A stretch of DNA of 64,000 nt from Acidobacteriota bacterium (GTDB lineage: Bacteria > Acidobacteriota > UBA890), in assembly GCA_965216935.1 (NCBI GenBank), contig OZ244217.1:2512741-2576740 (forward strand), read 5' to 3'. The translations under genes were made by a program, and so were the position numbers. The notes below the pieces were generated by a model, which was given only the letters and a program-made list of their open reading frames with translations, had not been told where the DNA came from and did no database searches. Position 1 is the first letter of the stretch. Every line of letters begins with the position of its first letter. Shown here piece after piece: positions 62,310 to 64,000 of the stretch.

Positions 62310-64000
62310 ATGAGCGAGCAGGACGAACGCGTTCCGGGTGACGAGGCTTCGGACGAGACAGGGCCGGAGACCGCTTCCGGCGATTCATCCGAGAAGCAGC
62401 CGATGAACCTCGGGTCAATCGGGGACGAATCCGACCTCCGCGCCGCGGGGCGCGAGGAGCAACAAAGCGCCGTCTACCGTTTCTTCGCCGCCCGCTTGGG
62501 GTTCTTCTTCCGCCTCATGCGCAACTGGGTCGGCCTGATGGGCACGGTGATGTTCGTCACCGCGTTCACGACGTTCCTGTTCTTCTTCCTGGTCGAATTC
62601 GTAGCCGGCGAGGAAAACCCGTACCTCGGTCTCTTCCATTTCCTCATCTTGCCGCCCATCGCGACGCTTGGACTCTTCTTCATGCTGGGCGGTTGGTTGA
62701 TCGAACGCCGGCGCAAGCGCGTGGCGCTGGCATCCGGGCAGATTTGGGCGCCCCTGGACATCCGGCGCACACGGGTCCAGCAGCGACTGCTGCTGACCGC
62801 GGGCGGCATGTCCGCCTTCCTCATCTTCATGATGGCAGCGGGAGGGTACCGAGCGTACGAGTTCACCGAGTCGACCGAGTTCTGTGGCGAGGTTTGCCAC
62901 TCGGTCATGCACCCGGAGTACATCGCCTACCAGGTGTCACCGCACGCCCAGGTCGCGTGTGTCGATTGCCACGTCGGTGACGGCGCCGGCTACTACGTGC
63001 AGGCGAAGCTCTCCGGCCTCTATCAGGTGTACTCGGTGATGCGTGGCATCTACCCGAAGCCGATTCCGACCCCGGTTCACAACATGCGACCCGCCCAGGA
63101 TACGTGTGAGCAATGTCACTGGTCGCGATATTTCTTCGGCGATCGGCGCAAGCGGTTCACCCACTACCTGACGGACGGCAGCGAGGAACCCTGGATCGTG
63201 GACATGCTGATCAACATCGGCGGCGGCGATCCGGAGAGGGGCTATACCCGGGGGATTCACTGGCACATGAATCTCGCCAACCGGGTCGAGTACATCTCGC
63301 GCAACGGTACCCGCGAGGAGATCCCCTGGGTGAGGAGCTTCGATGCCGACGGCAACGCCACGACGTACGAAGACGTCGAGAACCCGATGACGCCGGAGGA
63401 GATCGCCGAGCGTGAGGCCGCCGGGGAGGTGCGTCAAATGGACTGCATCGACTGCCACAACCGGCCCGCACACATCTATCGTGGCCCGACCGAGCTGATC
63501 AACCTCGAGCTGGAGCTCGGCCGCATCGATCCGGCGATGCCGGACATCAAGTTCTTCGCGCTCGAGCTGCTCGCGACCGAGTACGAGAGCGCCGAGGCCG
63601 GCGTGGAAGCGATCTCGGCAGGTCTGCACGAAGCGTATGAGGGTGATTTTCCCGACTACTACGCCGAGAACCGCGAGCAGGTGGACGAGGTCGCGGGGAT
63701 CCTGCAACGTCTGTACAGCGAGAACACTTTCCCCGAGATGAACGTTCGCTGGGACTCCTACCCGGACTTCATCGGGCACTGGGATACGGCGGGTTGCTTC
63801 CGTTGCCACGCCGGCAACCTGCAGAGCTCGGAAGGCCGGACGATCTCGACGGACTGCAACGCCTGTCACGTGATCTTGCAGCAGGGGTTCGAGTCGGATC
63901 CGTGGCCGAGCGACGGCCCGGGGGCTCCGTTCGTGCATCCTGGCGACTTCGAGGAGATGAACGAGCCGATCCTCTGCCACGAGTGCCACGACGGTGCTCT
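62310..64000 (+). CDS. NapC/NirT-like membrane-anchored multiheme c-type cytochrome (3' end outside window)
   Basis: Absent from the track because it has no stop in the window. I translated it from ATG 62310 and it stays open to 64000. Two TM helices, then at least 7 CxxCH motifs: CGEVCH, CVDCH, CEQCH, CIDCH, CFRCH, CNACH, CHECH. Confidence 0.8.
   Translation, partial: MSEQDERVPGDEASDETGPETASGDSSEKQPMNLGSIGDESDLRAAGREEQQSAVYRFFAARLGFFFRLMRNWVGLMGTVMFVTAFTTFLFFFLVEFVAGEENPYLGLFHFLILPPIATLGLFFMLGGWLIERRRKRVALASGQIWAPLDIRRTRVQQRLLLTAGGMSAFLIFMMAAGGYRAYEFTESTEFCGEVCHSVMHPEYIAYQVSPHAQVACVDCHVGDGAGYYVQAKLSGLYQVYSVMRGIYPKPIPTPVHNMRPAQDTCEQCHWSRYFFGDRRKRFTHYLTDGSEEPWIVDMLINIGGGDPERGYTRGIHWHMNLANRVEYISRNGTREEIPWVRSFDADGNATTYEDVENPMTPEEIAEREAAGEVRQMDCIDCHNRPAHIYRGPTELINLELELGRIDPAMPDIKFFALELLATEYESAEAGVEAISAGLHEAYEGDFPDYYAENREQVDEVAGILQRLYSENTFPEMNVRWDSYPDFIGHWDTAGCFRCHAGNLQSSEGRTISTDCNACHVILQQGFESDPWPSDGPGAPFVHPGDFEEMNEPILCHECHDGA

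Overview
High-GC (roughly 68-70% by eye) bacterial chromosomal fragment with about 50 supportable protein-coding genes. I found no rRNA, tRNA, CRISPR array, transposase or integrase. Many long ORFs in the supplied track are antisense or out-of-frame shadows typical of high-GC DNA. Calls below rest on catalytic or family motifs, codon-position-3 G/C bias, RBS-like sequences and stop/start overlaps. The left third (319-19690) looks like accessory or conflict-system DNA. It starts with a translationally coupled operon: a CHAT caspase-like protease, a TPR protein fused to a soluble FlhA/SctV-type cytoplasmic domain (FlhAc), and a second free FlhAc-like protein. No flagellar or T3SS genes are present in the window. 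A run of hydrolases follows, all lacking signal peptides: alpha/beta hydrolase, trypsin-like S1, S41, S8 subtilase, ComEC-type MBL, patatin, then an unrecognisable 1178-aa protein. I consider the CHAT/TPR-FlhAc/FlhAc module, possibly together with the downstream hydrolases, the best candidate for an undescribed system. The rest of the window is mostly ordinary. It holds a DUF4953-type Zn metalloprotease, a methyltransferase, a CPBP protease, a Kv-type K+ channel and a CPA1 antiporter. It also holds a BlaI/BlaR1-like pair with a repeat-rich sensor and a five-gene ATGA-overlap operon (ThuA, SGNH/propeller/cupredoxin, PEP-hydrolase-like, UPF0261, small membrane protein). Further genes are a DASS transporter and a PLP-enzyme/C-methyltransferase/epimerase/phosphoesterase cluster facing a condensation-like gene. 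The remainder comprises glutaminyl cyclase, an orphan MFP adaptor, a GAF-GGDEF-HD-GYP protein, DegP, citrate synthase, DUF3179, PncB and two multiheme cytochromes. A recurring oddity is short, locus-specific tandem direct repeats (19-49 nt units, 2-6 copies) lying just after stop codons or in intergenic gaps at 8 or more loci. All homology statements come from my own motif recognition, not from database searches.
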